From: Burkholderiales bacterium
GTDB taxonomy: Bacteria > Pseudomonadota > Gammaproteobacteria > Burkholderiales > Burkholderiaceae_D
Assembly: GCA_038318315.1 (NCBI GenBank)
Contig: JBBQCA010000001.1
Location: 1 to 49,888, forward strand
Direction of reading: 5' to 3'
Length of the DNA: 49,888 nt
In this document: positions 41,410-49,888 of the stretch, piece after piece
Position numbering within the stretch: position 1 is the first letter of the stretch
Layout: every line of letters starts with the position of its first letter
The notes under the pieces: generated by a model
The model's database searches: none
Told to the model about the DNA's origin: nothing
Seen by the model: only the letters and a program-made list of their open reading frames with translations
Translations under genes and position numbers: made by a program

Positions 41410-42056
41410 CGATGCCGACCAGTCCACTCGAAATCGCGGCGAACGTATTCAACCTGCTGTCGGTGTGGTTCTCGGCACGCAACAGCGTCCACACGTGGTG
41501 GAGCGGCATCGTCGGCTGTGCGCTCTATGCGGTGATGTTCACGGGCGTCAAGCTGTATGCGGACGTGACGCTGCAGATCTTCTTCATCGCTTCGTGCATC
41601 GTCGGCTGGTGGAACTGGAAGAAGGGTGGGGGGCGCGGCGCGAAGATCGGCAGCGAGGGAATTTCAACGCTCGAGCCCATCTCGACCGAACTCCCGATCA
41701 CGCGCGTCGCACCGCTTGCCGCGCTCGCCTTCGCTGCGCTCGCGGTGTTGTCGGCGGCCGGCTACGGAGCGCTGCTGCACGGCTTCACCGACGCGGCCAA
41801 TCCCTTCGTCGACTCGACCGTGCTGGCGCTGTCGGTCCTCGCGCAATTGCTGATGGTCGCGCGAAAGATCGAGACCTGGCCGGTATGGTTCGCGGTCGAT
41901 TGCATCGCAGTTCCGCTCTATGCGTCCAAGGGCCTTTGGATGACGGCCGTGGTCTATGCCTTCTTCCTGGTGCTGGTGGTGATGGGCTGGCTGCGCTGGT
42001 CGAAACTGATAGCGCGCGGCGCACGTATCGAACCCATGGTTGAAACTCGCGCATGA
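41406..42056 (+). CDS. pnuC: Nicotinamide riboside transporter PnuC family
   Basis: LYAD..LQ, GWWNW, D....LS..AQ.LM..RKIETW..W and LYASKGL. ATGA overlap with uvrD. Confidence 0.88.
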   Translation: MTMPTSPLEIAANVFNLLSVWFSARNSVHTWWSGIVGCALYAVMFTGVKLYADVTLQIFFIASCIVGWWNWKKGGGRGAKIGSEGISTLEPISTELPITRVAPLAALAFAALAVLSAAGYGALLHGFTDAANPFVDSTVLALSVLAQLLMVARKIETWPVWFAVDCIAVPLYASKGLWMTAVVYAFFLVLVVMGWLRWSKLIARGARIEPMVETRA

Positions 42057-42084
42057 GGACTGACGCATGAGGACCGACGCATGA
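42050..42084 (+). repeat. 14-bp tandem repeat (CGCATGAGGACYGA x2.5) at the pnuC/kinase junction
   Basis: cgcatgaggactga cgcatgaggaccga cgcatga. Confidence 0.85.
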
Positions 42085-42722
42085 ATCCGGCAGGATCAAC
42101 GTTGAAGTCGCCGTTCGAGGCGTCGCTCACCCGGCCGTTCACCGAGCCGTTCGCGCTCGACGGGCCGGTGCATCGCGAGCCGCGCGGCATCGCGCGTGTC
42201 GCCGTGGTCGGTGGCGAGAGCACCGGCAAGAGCACGCTGGTGGCGGCGCTCGGTGCGCGTTACGGTGAACCGTGCGTGGCCGAATTCGGGCGCACCTTGT
42301 GGGAAGAGCGCGGCGGTCAGCTCGTCTATGATGACTTGCGCGCGATCGGCGTGCGGCACGTCGCCGACGAAGACGATGCGACCGCGCGCGCGACGCGCTG
42401 CGCGTTCATCGACACCACCCCCTTGACGACGCTCTGGTACAGCCTCGACGGCTATGCCAAGGCCGATCCCGAGCTCGTCGGTCTGTCGTGGCGCCAATAC
42501 GACCTCATGCTGGTCTGCGCGCCTGACTTCCCGTTCGTGCAGGACGGCTCGCGCTCGTCGGAGGATTTTCGTTTGCGGCACGATCGCTGGATACGCTCGA
42601 TCCTGCACGCGCGCGGCGTCGACTACATCGATGCCCGCGGCGCCATCGAAGCACGCGTCGCACAGGTCGCGGCGTTGCTCGACCCGCTCTATGGACGATC
42701 GCGGCGCGAGTCCGCCCCGTGA
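42081..42722 (+). CDS. NadR-type ribosylnicotinamide kinase-like P-loop protein (AAA_28)
   Basis: GGESTGKSTL, EFGR, DTTPLTT and PFVQDG.R. Adjacent to pnuC. Confidence 0.85.
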   Translation: MNPAGSTLKSPFEASLTRPFTEPFALDGPVHREPRGIARVAVVGGESTGKSTLVAALGARYGEPCVAEFGRTLWEERGGQLVYDDLRAIGVRHVADEDDATARATRCAFIDTTPLTTLWYSLDGYAKADPELVGLSWRQYDLMLVCAPDFPFVQDGSRSSEDFRLRHDRWIRSILHARGVDYIDARGAIEARVAQVAALLDPLYGRSRRESAP

Positions 42723-42802
42723 GGCCGCCGCGTAAGTCCGCACATGGGGCCGATCGCCGCCCGCGTTAGAATGCGACGCTTGTGCATCGCTGACGACGCC
42801 TC

Positions 42803-43267
42803 GTGCAATTCGAATTTCCGATTCGCGTCTATTACGAAGACACCGACACCGGCGGCATCGTCTTCTACGCGAACTACCTGAAGTTTTTCGAGCGCGCGCG
42901 AACCGAGTGGCTGCGCAGCGGGCGCAATGCGGGCAGCGATGGCGATCGCGGCATCGTACGGGTCCCCGGAATTTCCCAGCAGCAGGTCGCCGACGAACTG
43001 GGCCTGATGTTCGTGGTGCGTTCGACCGCGGTGGACTACAAGCGTCCCGCGCGACTCGATGACGTGATCCGCATCGTATCGCGCGTCGAGCGCCTCGGCC
43101 GCGTCGGCATCGACTTCTACCAGGAGGCTCTCATCGACAGTTCGGCAAATGGCAACGGCACATTGCTCGCCGCAGGACGCATCAAGGTCGGTTGCGTGAC
43201 GCGCGATGGACTGCGCCCGATGCCGATTCCCGAGGCGGTACGCCTGATCTTCGCGCCGGCGGGCTGA
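42803..43267 (+). CDS. ybgC: Tol-Pal-associated acyl-CoA thioesterase
   Basis: RVYYEDTDTGGIVFYANYLKFFERARTEWL and YKRPARLDD. TAGAAT -10-like element at 42767-42772. Confidence 0.94.
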   Translation: MQFEFPIRVYYEDTDTGGIVFYANYLKFFERARTEWLRSGRNAGSDGDRGIVRVPGISQQQVADELGLMFVVRSTAVDYKRPARLDDVIRIVSRVERLGRVGIDFYQEALIDSSANGNGTLLAAGRIKVGCVTRDGLRPMPIPEAVRLIFAPAG

Positions 43268-43337
43268 GAGTCCTCGACCATGAGTTCCTTCCCACGCGTC
43301 TCCGACGCACTTCGACCATGACCCATTTCAATTGCCC

Positions 43338-44018
43338 ATGAACGTGAACGTCTCGCAGGACATGTCGATCATCTCGCTGGTTACCCACGCGAGCATCCTG
43401 GTTCAGATCGTGCTGGCCCTGCTGCTGATCGTGTCGTTGATGAGCTGGACCTACATCTTCAAGAAGTTCTTCGACGTCAAGAAGGCGCAGCGCCAGACCG
43501 ATCGCTTCGAGGAAGATTTCTGGTCGGGCGGCGACCTCAACGATCTGCATGCGCGCGTCAACAATCGGCGCGAGCACGTGGGCGCGCTGGGTCGCGTGTT
43601 CGAAGCGGGCATGCGCGAGTTCCTCAAGTTCCGGCAGCAGAAGGTCGAACCGGGGGCGCAGCTCGACGGCGCGAGACGTGCGATGCGCGCGGCCTACCAG
43701 CGCGAGATGGACGTGCTCGAAGCGCACCTGTCCTTCCTCGCATCGGTGGGCTCGGTCAGTCCCTACGTGGGATTGTTCGGCACCGTGTGGGGGATCATGA
43801 ATGCGTTTCGCAGCCTCGCGAACGTGCAGGTGGCCACGCTTGCGCACGTCGCTCCCGGCATTGCCGAAGCGCTGGTCGCAACCGCGCTCGGCCTGTTCGC
43901 CGCGATCCCTGCGGTGATCGCGTACAACCGCTTCATCCACGAGACCGATCGGCTGGCGGTGCGCTTCGAGAACTTCATCGAGGAGTTCTCCAACATCCTG
44001 CAGAGACAGGTGCACTGA
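43338..44018 (+). CDS. tolQ: TolQ
   Basis: FEEDFWSGGDL, SPYVGLFGTVWGIM and APGIAEALVATA. Confidence 0.96.
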   Translation: MNVNVSQDMSIISLVTHASILVQIVLALLLIVSLMSWTYIFKKFFDVKKAQRQTDRFEEDFWSGGDLNDLHARVNNRREHVGALGRVFEAGMREFLKFRQQKVEPGAQLDGARRAMRAAYQREMDVLEAHLSFLASVGSVSPYVGLFGTVWGIMNAFRSLANVQVATLAHVAPGIAEALVATALGLFAAIPAVIAYNRFIHETDRLAVRFENFIEEFSNILQRQVH

Positions 44019-44461
44019 TGGCAGGCTCGGTCTCACGCGGCTCCTCGATGCGCGGCGGGCGCAAGCATCGCGCGATGAGCGAGATCAACGTCGTGCCCTA
44101 CATCGACGTGATGCTGGTGCTGTTGATCATCTTCATGGTCGCCGCTCCGCTGGTGTCGCCGGGCACCATCGATCTGCCCAGCGTGGCCAGGAGTTCGCAG
44201 GCGAAAGAGACGCCGATCAACGTGATCGTCAAGGCCGACAAGAGCGTGAGCGTGAAGGACATGAAGACCGGCAGCGAGCAGAAGGCGGCGATGAAGGACG
44301 TGGCTGCGATCGTCGCGCAGATGCAGGCGGGCGATGCCGAGCGGCCGGTCGTGATCTCGGGCGACAAGAAGGTCGAGTACGACGCGATCCTGCAGATCAT
44401 GGATGGGCTGCGGTCGCAAGGCATCGCGCGCGTCGGCCTCTCCGTGCAGCCGCGTAGCTGA
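44018..44461 (+). CDS. tolR: TolR
   Basis: EINVVPYIDVMLVLLIIFMV. ATG overlaps the tolQ stop. Confidence 0.95.
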   Translation: MAGSVSRGSSMRGGRKHRAMSEINVVPYIDVMLVLLIIFMVAAPLVSPGTIDLPSVARSSQAKETPINVIVKADKSVSVKDMKTGSEQKAAMKDVAAIVAQMQAGDAERPVVISGDKKVEYDAILQIMDGLRSQGIARVGLSVQPRS

Positions 44462-44474
44462 ACACTCGATTGCG

Positions 44475-45272
44475 ATGAGCGCCACTCTCGCCCGTCCCAG
44501 CCACGTTCCGCATTCGGGCGGCAGCGCACGCGCGATCGCGTTGGCGGTGCTGATGCATGTGCTGCTCGGCGCGCTGCTGTTCTTCGGCATCCGCTGGCAG
44601 AGCAGCGCACCTGCGGTGATCCAGGCCGAGCTGTGGAGCGCGATGCCGCAGACCGCGGCGCCGGCGCCGCGGCCGGTCCCTCCGCCCACCAGGGTCGAAG
44701 CACCCAGGCCCGAACCCAAGGCCGAGGTAGAGCCGCCGAAGATCAAGCCCGACATCGTCGAGAAGGCGCCCGTCAAGGTCGAGCCGCCGAAGAAGAAAGA
44801 GCCGGTGAAAGTGGAAGCGCCCAAGCCGCAACCCAAGCTCGAGCCGGTCAAGACGCCGCCCAAGCCCGAGCCGGTCAAGACGCCGCCCAAGCCCGTGGTC
44901 GAAGCGCCGCCGCGTCCGCCGTCCGATCTCGCCAACATCCTCGCTTCGGCCGGAACGCCTTCGACCGGCAAGGATCAACAGACCAGCGGACCGCGTGGCC
45001 GCGAGAACTACATCTCGCGCCTGCAGAACGCGATTCGCACGCAGATGCGTTACCCGGCGACCTCTGCGGGCAATCCGTTGGTCGAGATACATATCGAGCA
45101 ATTGCCCAATGGTGAAGTGACCGGCGTCACGGTGCTCAAGGCCAGCGGAGTGCAGAGCTTCGATGAGGCCGTCGAGCGTGCCATTCGCGCCGCATCGCCA
45201 TTGCCGAAGGATGAGCAGGGCAAGGTCGAGCGGGACCTGAAGCTGGATTACAAGATGTACGACAAGCCCTGA
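44475..45272 (+). CDS. tolA: TolA (Pro/Lys-rich linker, TonB_2-like C-domain)
   Basis: N-terminal TM with His, Pro-rich linker and SG...FDEAVERAI..ASPLP. Position between tolR and tolB. Confidence 0.9.
   Translation: MSATLARPSHVPHSGGSARAIALAVLMHVLLGALLFFGIRWQSSAPAVIQAELWSAMPQTAAPAPRPVPPPTRVEAPRPEPKAEVEPPKIKPDIVEKAPVKVEPPKKKEPVKVEAPKPQPKLEPVKTPPKPEPVKTPPKPVVEAPPRPPSDLANILASAGTPSTGKDQQTSGPRGRENYISRLQNAIRTQMRYPATSAGNPLVEIHIEQLPNGEVTGVTVLKASGVQSFDEAVERAIRAASPLPKDEQGKVERDLKLDYKMYDKP
44841..44894 (+). repeat. Perfect 27-bp tandem repeat x2 in tolA (EPVKTPPKP)
   Basis: gagccggtcaagacgccgcccaagccc occurs twice in tandem. Confidence 0.9.
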
Positions 45273-45317
45273 GTGCGCCACTTGTGCGTTTACACCAGCG
45301 CTCTCAATTTTTTTGAA

Positions 45318-46625
45318 ATGAAAATATTCATGACGATGTCTCTTCAAGCTCTCGCAAGACACCTCGCGGCCGGCGCATTGATGTACGCCGCAGCGACCGG
45401 CATCGCGAGCGCGCAGCTCAAGTTCGAGATCTCTGGAACCGGTGCGAACCAGATCCCGATCGCGATCGCCAACTTCGCCACCAGCGGCAATCCGCCGCAG
45501 GACGCAGCGCAGATCGTTCGCGACGACCTGGCGCGAAGCGGGCTCTTCAAGCTCGTCGATGCGGGTGCGACGCCGCTGCCCGACACGACAGCCGTCAACT
45601 ATGGCGAATGGAAAGGAAAGGGCGCTGATGCGATCGTGGTCGGCAGCGTCAATCGCCTCGCCGACGGTCGCAGCGACGTACGCTTCAAGCTCTACGACAA
45701 CGGCCGTCAACTCGACCTGGGCGGCCTCGCTTTGACCTCGACGCAGGCCAACACGCGCCTGTCGGCACACCGCATCTCCGACTACGTGTACGAGAAGCTC
45801 ACGGGTGAGAAGGGCGTCTTCTCGACCCGCATCGCCTATGTACTGAAGCAGGGCACGCAGCGCTACGAGCTGCAGATCGCCGACGCCGACGGCTTCAATC
45901 CGCAGAGCGCGCTGGTGTCGCGTGAGCCGATCATCTCGCCGGCGTGGTCGCCCGACGGGACGCGCCTCGCCTACGTGTCGTTCGAAGCCAGGAAGCCGGT
46001 CATCTACGTCCACACCATCACCACCGGCCAGCGCGTGCCGGTAGCGAACTTCAAGGGCAGCAACAGCGCGCCCTCGTGGTCGCCCAACGCGCGTCAACTC
46101 GCGATCACCTTGACGCGCGACGGCAACTCGCAGGTCTATCTGATCAATGCCGACGGTTCGTCGGCGCGGCGTCTGACGCAGTCGGCCGGCATCGACACCG
46201 AGCCCGAGTTCGCGCCGGATGGCCAGAGCATCTACTTCACCAGCGATCGCGGCGGCGGTCCGCAGATCTATCGCATGTCGGTGGGCGGCGGCGATGCGCA
46301 ACGCGTGAGCTTCAAGGGCGACTACAACATCAGCCCGCGCATCTCGCCCGACGGCAAGTCGCTGGCGTACATCTCGCGTCGCGGCGGGCGCTTCCAGGTC
46401 TATGTGCTCGACCTCGCAGCGGGCCAGGAGACGGCCCTCACCGAGACCGCCAAGGACGAATCGCCGAGCTTCGCACCGAACGGCAAGCTGATCCTTTATG
46501 CAACCGAAGTCGGCGGCCGCGGCGTGCTCGCGGTGGTGTCGTCGGACGGACACGTCAAGCAACGCATCACGACGGTCCAGGGCGGCGACGTGCGCGAGCC
46601 TACCTGGGGTCCCTATCTGCCATGA
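45318..46625 (+). CDS. tolB: TolB
   Basis: DLARSGLF, FSTRIAYV and PD40 repeats (SPAWSPDG, APSWSPN, SPSFAPNG). Start is 45318 or 45330. Confidence 0.96.
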   Translation: MKIFMTMSLQALARHLAAGALMYAAATGIASAQLKFEISGTGANQIPIAIANFATSGNPPQDAAQIVRDDLARSGLFKLVDAGATPLPDTTAVNYGEWKGKGADAIVVGSVNRLADGRSDVRFKLYDNGRQLDLGGLALTSTQANTRLSAHRISDYVYEKLTGEKGVFSTRIAYVLKQGTQRYELQIADADGFNPQSALVSREPIISPAWSPDGTRLAYVSFEARKPVIYVHTITTGQRVPVANFKGSNSAPSWSPNARQLAITLTRDGNSQVYLINADGSSARRLTQSAGIDTEPEFAPDGQSIYFTSDRGGGPQIYRMSVGGGDAQRVSFKGDYNISPRISPDGKSLAYISRRGGRFQVYVLDLAAGQETALTETAKDESPSFAPNGKLILYATEVGGRGVLAVVSSDGHVKQRITTVQGGDVREPTWGPYLP

Positions 46626-46730
46626 ACGGCGTACGCCGGGAGCCCGGCCAACGATCTATGAAGCTCAGTGTGCGACTGATCGACAGTGCACACGACTTCT
46701 GAGATACAGCAGCGATCCATCGAGGGCAGT

Positions 46731-46758
46731 GAACCTTCGAGGGCAAGAATTCGTCATA
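46731..46758 (+). promoter_or_regulatory. Possible sigmaE (ECF)-type promoter upstream of pal
   Basis: GAACCT-N17-TCATA in the tolB-pal gap, resembling the GAACTT..TCnnA consensus. Confidence 0.35.
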
Positions 46759-46787
46759 ACCGCACTTCCATCCTCAAGGAGTCAAAC

Positions 46788-47321
46788 ATGAAGCTCGCCA
46801 CGCGTATTACCGCGCGCAACAGCCTGATCGCAGTCACTCTCGCCGTGCTCGGCGCTTGCAGCCAGGGCGTGAAGCTCGACGACAAGGCACCCGTCGTGGA
46901 CAACACCGGCACGCCCGCAACTGGCCCCGACACGCGCAGCGTTCAGCGCGTCGAGACCGATACCACCAGCCTCGACGCGGCCGCCCGCGAGCTGGCGAAG
47001 AAGAGCATCTACTTCGACTACGACAGCTATGTCGTGAAGGACGAGTTCCGTCCGGTGGTCGAGGCCAACAGCAAGTTCCTCAACACCAACCGCGGCCGCA
47101 AGGTGATCGTCCAAGGCAACACCGACGAGCGCGGCGGCAGCGAATACAACCTCGCGCTCGGCCAGAAGCGCGCTGAAGCGGTTCGCAAGCAACTCGCGCT
47201 GGTGGGAGTCCCCGAAGCGCAGATCGAAGCGGTCAGCCTGGGCAAGGAAAAGCCGCGCGCCACCGGTCATGACGAAGCCGCCTGGGCCGAGAATCGTCGC
47301 GCCGACTTCGTGTATCAGTAA
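46788..47321 (+). CDS. pal: Peptidoglycan-associated lipoprotein
   Basis: AAGGAG RBS, lipobox LGAC, IYFDYDS, GNTDERG, YNLALGQKRA and ENRRA. Confidence 0.97.
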   Translation: MKLATRITARNSLIAVTLAVLGACSQGVKLDDKAPVVDNTGTPATGPDTRSVQRVETDTTSLDAAARELAKKSIYFDYDSYVVKDEFRPVVEANSKFLNTNRGRKVIVQGNTDERGGSEYNLALGQKRAEAVRKQLALVGVPEAQIEAVSLGKEKPRATGHDEAAWAENRRADFVYQ

Positions 47322-48172
47322 TGGGCGGGGACTTGGCTATGTCGCCGTCGAAGTCACTGTCCCTGGCTTCGTCGATGCGGCGCTCGCGCGCGACGGGACC
47401 GGCCCGGCGGCGGGTCGCGCCCGCAAGGCTCGTCGCGTCGCTCGCCACGGCGGCTGCGGCGTCATTGCTGTTGTGGGCCGCGCCGGCCTCGGCCGGCCTG
47501 TTCGACGACGACGAGGCGCGCAAGGCCATCCTCGACTTGCGCTCCAAGGCGGATGCGAACCAGCGCGACATCGCGAGTCAACTCGAACTGCAGCGGCGCA
47601 ATCAGGCCGATGTGACCAACCAGCTCGAAGCATTACGGCAGGAGATCTCGCGGCTGCGCGGGCAGATCGAATCGCTGTCCAACGATCTGGCCAACGAACA
47701 GAAGCGCACCAAGGACTTCTACGTCGATCTCGACGGACGGCTGCGCAAGGTCGAGCCGCAGCAGACCACCGTCGATGGCCAGACCGCGACCGTCGATCAG
47801 AACGAATCCCGGAGCTACGAAGCCGCGCTCGCGCAGTTCAAGAGCAGTGACTTCAAAGGCGCGGTCGGATCGTTCCAGAATTTCCTCGCGCGTTATCCAT
47901 CGTCGGCGTACGCACCGGCGGCGCAGTACTGGGTAGGTACGAGCTATTACGCGCAGCGCGACTACAAGGCCGCGATCGCCGCGCAGCAGATGGTGATCAA
48001 GAATTATCCGACCAGCCCGCGCGCGGCCGACGCGATGCTCAACATCGCCAGCAGCCAGACCGACATGGGCGACAAGCGCGCGGCAAAGCAGACGCTCGAT
48101 GCCTTGATCGCCAAATATCCCGACACGCAGGCCGCCAGCACGGCGCGCGATCGCATTCCGACGCTGCGGTGA
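47321..48172 (+). CDS. cpoB: Cell division coordinator CpoB (YbgF)
   Basis: AGLFDDDEARKAILDLR, coiled coil and TPR (AQYWVG..YY, DAMLNIA). Start uncertain. Confidence 0.93.
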   Translation: MGGDLAMSPSKSLSLASSMRRSRATGPARRRVAPARLVASLATAAAASLLLWAAPASAGLFDDDEARKAILDLRSKADANQRDIASQLELQRRNQADVTNQLEALRQEISRLRGQIESLSNDLANEQKRTKDFYVDLDGRLRKVEPQQTTVDGQTATVDQNESRSYEAALAQFKSSDFKGAVGSFQNFLARYPSSAYAPAAQYWVGTSYYAQRDYKAAIAAQQMVIKNYPTSPRAADAMLNIASSQTDMGDKRAAKQTLDALIAKYPDTQAASTARDRIPTLR

Positions 48173-48218
48173 CGGACCGCTGCGGAGGGTCCACGACGTT
48201 CGCGCGAGGGTGGCCGGT

Positions 48219-48247
48219 TTGACCGAGTAGCCCTCACTTCCTATAAT
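48219..48247 (+). promoter_or_regulatory. Sigma70 promoter of the tRNA-Lys pair
   Basis: TTGACC-N17-TATAAT followed by the GC-rich discriminator CGCGCGC typical of stable-RNA promoters. Confidence 0.85.
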
Positions 48248-48257
48248 CGCGCGCTTC

Positions 48258-48333
48258 GGGTCGTTAGCTCAGTTGGTAGAGCAGCGGACTTTTAATCCGT
48301 TGGTCGCAGGTTCGAATCCCGCACGGCCTACCA
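48258..48333 (+). tRNA. tRNA-Lys (anticodon TTT)
   Basis: 76-nt cloverleaf GGGTCGTTAGCTCAG..., anticodon loop CTTTTAA, GGTTCGAATCC and encoded CCA. Confidence 0.97.
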
Positions 48334-48388
48334 ACCTTCTCAGCGTTCGCAAGGCAAGAACAACCGGCAATCGCGCAACCGTTCACGT

Positions 48389-48464
48389 GGGTCGTTAGCT
48401 CAGTTGGTAGAGCAGCGGACTCTTAATCCGTAGGTCGAGTGTTCGAGCCACTCACGGCCCACCA
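48389..48464 (+). tRNA. tRNA-Lys (anticodon CTT)
   Basis: 76-nt cloverleaf, anticodon loop CTCTTAA, GTTCGAG T-loop and encoded CCA. Confidence 0.97.
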
Positions 48465-48471
48465 GTACTTC

Positions 48472-48505
48472 AAGGGGTTAGCGTCAGCTAGCCCCTTTTT
48501 CTTTT
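48472..48505 (+). terminator. Rho-independent terminator after the tRNA pair
   Basis: AAGGGGTTAGC-GTCA-GCTAGCCCCTT hairpin followed by TTTCTTTT. Confidence 0.8.
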
Positions 48506-48726
48506 GCGGGTTGTGATGGATTTGTGCCGTGAACGGGCCAACTCCCTATCACGCAGCCTGCCCAGGAGCTCCGCACAAGGCGCTAGATGAGCGGAGGAAA
48601 GGTGAGCGTATCGACTCACATCTTCGCACTCGTCCAAGCCCCCGACAGCATCGCAAGTCCGGTTGCCGGAAAGACCCCGTATAAGCGACCATTCCTCATG
48701 AGTCGCGAACCGGGTAGTCGCGATTC

Positions 48727-49888
48727 TCACTTCCACAACGAACACTTCGACTCCGCCTTCGTCGCGAAAGCCTGATCGCCCGGTACTGTCGCGACGAGCT
48801 TGTAGTAATCCCACGGATATTTCGATTCACTCGGGGTCTTGACCTGCATCAGGTACATGTCGTGAACCATGCGGCCGTCTGAGCGGATGATTCCGTTGGT
48901 GGCGAACATGTCGTTGATCCTTGCCGACTTCATCTGCGCCATGACCTTGTCGGCTTCGTCGGTGCCGGCGGCCTTGACGGCCTTCAGGTAGGTCAACGTG
49001 GCCGAGTAGTCGGCGGCTTGGGTCGATGACGGCTCCTTCTTCATCTTGTCGAAGTAGCGCTTGGCCCAGGCGCGAGTCTCCGGAGTGCGGTCCCAATACC
49101 AGGCGTCGGCGAGATACATGCCCTGCGTGACGTTCAGTCCCAATGAATGCACGTCGGTGATGAACATCAGCAAGCCCGCTAGCTTCATCGTCTTCGTGAT
49201 GCCGAACTCGTTGGCGGCCCTGATCGAGCTGACCGTATCACCACCGGAGTTGGCGAGTCCGAGAATCTTGGCCTTCGAGCTCTGCGCCTGCAGGAGGAAG
49301 GATGCGAAGTCCGACGTATTCAAAGGATGCCTGACGCTGCCGAGCACCTTGCCGCCGTTGGCCTTCACCACATCAGACGCGTCCTTTTCGAGCGAGGCGC
49401 CGAAAGCATAGTCGGCGGTCAGGAAGTACCAGGTGTCGCCACCCTGCTTGACGATCGCCGAACCCGCGACCTTCGACAATGCGATCGTGTCGTACGAGTA
49501 ATGCACCGTGTACGGTGTGCACTCTTCATTGGTGAAGCGCGCGCTGCCCGCGGAAACGATGATGATCGGCTTCTTCTTTTCGGCGGCAACCTTATTCATC
49601 GCCAGCGTGGCGCCCGAGTTTGTGCCGCCGATCAAGACATCGACGCCCTGCTGATCGATCCATTCACGGGATTTGCTCGCCGCGACGTCGGCCTTGTTCT
49701 GGTGATCAGCCACCAGCAACTCGATCTTCTTGCCGTTAACCGACCCCCCAAAGTCGGCGATTGCCATCCTGATCGCCTCGACGCCGCCCTGGCCGTCGAT
49801 GTCTGAGTAGAGCCCCGAGATGTCGGTGATGAAGCCGATGCGAATCACATCACCCGAGATCTGCGCGAACACGGGTGCGCTCGCGGCC
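48727..49888 (-). CDS. Liv-type (HAAT) ABC substrate-binding protein, 5' end outside the window
   Basis: IGFITDISGLY, ADHQNKAD, TADYAFG, FLLQAQSSKA and IRSDGRMVHDMYL. Frame is open to the window edge. Confidence 0.92.
   Translation of the reverse strand, partial: AASAPVFAQISGDVIRIGFITDISGLYSDIDGQGGVEAIRMAIADFGGSVNGKKIELLVADHQNKADVAASKSREWIDQQGVDVLIGGTNSGATLAMNKVAAEKKKPIIIVSAGSARFTNEECTPYTVHYSYDTIALSKVAGSAIVKQGGDTWYFLTADYAFGASLEKDASDVVKANGGKVLGSVRHPLNTSDFASFLLQAQSSKAKILGLANSGGDTVSSIRAANEFGITKTMKLAGLLMFITDVHSLGLNVTQGMYLADAWYWDRTPETRAWAKRYFDKMKKEPSSTQAADYSATLTYLKAVKAAGTDEADKVMAQMKSARINDMFATNGIIRSDGRMVHDMYLMQVKTPSESKYPWDYYKLVATVPGDQAFATKAESKCSLWK

Noticed and set aside
44841-44894. 27-bp perfect repeat in tolA as a novel element
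   Set aside because: Repeat-length variation in TolA linkers is well known.
48258-48333. G1-U72 and U4-G69 wobbles and an A-C mismatch in the T-stem of tRNA-Lys(TTT), suggesting a pseudo-tRNA
   Set aside because: Invariant positions, CCA and a strong promoter are intact, and such pairs are tolerated.
48258-48464. Near-identical 5' halves of the two tRNAs as an att duplication
   Set aside because: Both are complete isoacceptor genes with different anticodons and T-arms.
48488-48814. Short ORFs after the tRNAs (48488-48814 on -, 48587-48775 on +)
   Set aside because: No motifs, and they overlap the SBP gene end or the terminator.

Overview
High-GC betaproteobacterial (Burkholderiales-like) chromosomal segment. 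The core backbone is oxyR-ubiA, yggS-proC, pilT/pilU-gpx, leuS-lptE-holA-proA-hemJ, uvrD-pnuC, ybgC-tolQRAB-pal-cpoB and two tRNA-Lys genes. Several accessory modules interrupt it. The most notable is a ~10.4 kb, 10-gene, visibly more AT-rich glycosylation cassette (24843-35211) lying between the permease gene and the solute-binding gene of a Liv-type ABC transporter. It combines a CDP-glucose to C-methyl-branched 6-deoxysugar pathway, a GtrB-like polyprenyl-phosphate glycosyltransferase, a DprE1/DprE2-like epimerase pair without its usual PRPP:prenyl-P transferase, a flippase-like protein and a GT-C transferase. Other accessory items are an itaconate-degradation-like CoA-transferase/lyase/DctP module running into oxyR, an orphan PAS-PAS-HK-REC-REC kinase between proA and hemJ, an Ig plus 12-NHL-repeat lipoprotein, a small membrane protein between pilT and pilU, a probable PaaI thioesterase remnant, and recurrent 12-14 bp tandem micro-duplications. 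No CRISPR array, rRNA, integrase or transposase was seen. All family assignments come from motif recognition by eye; no searches were run.
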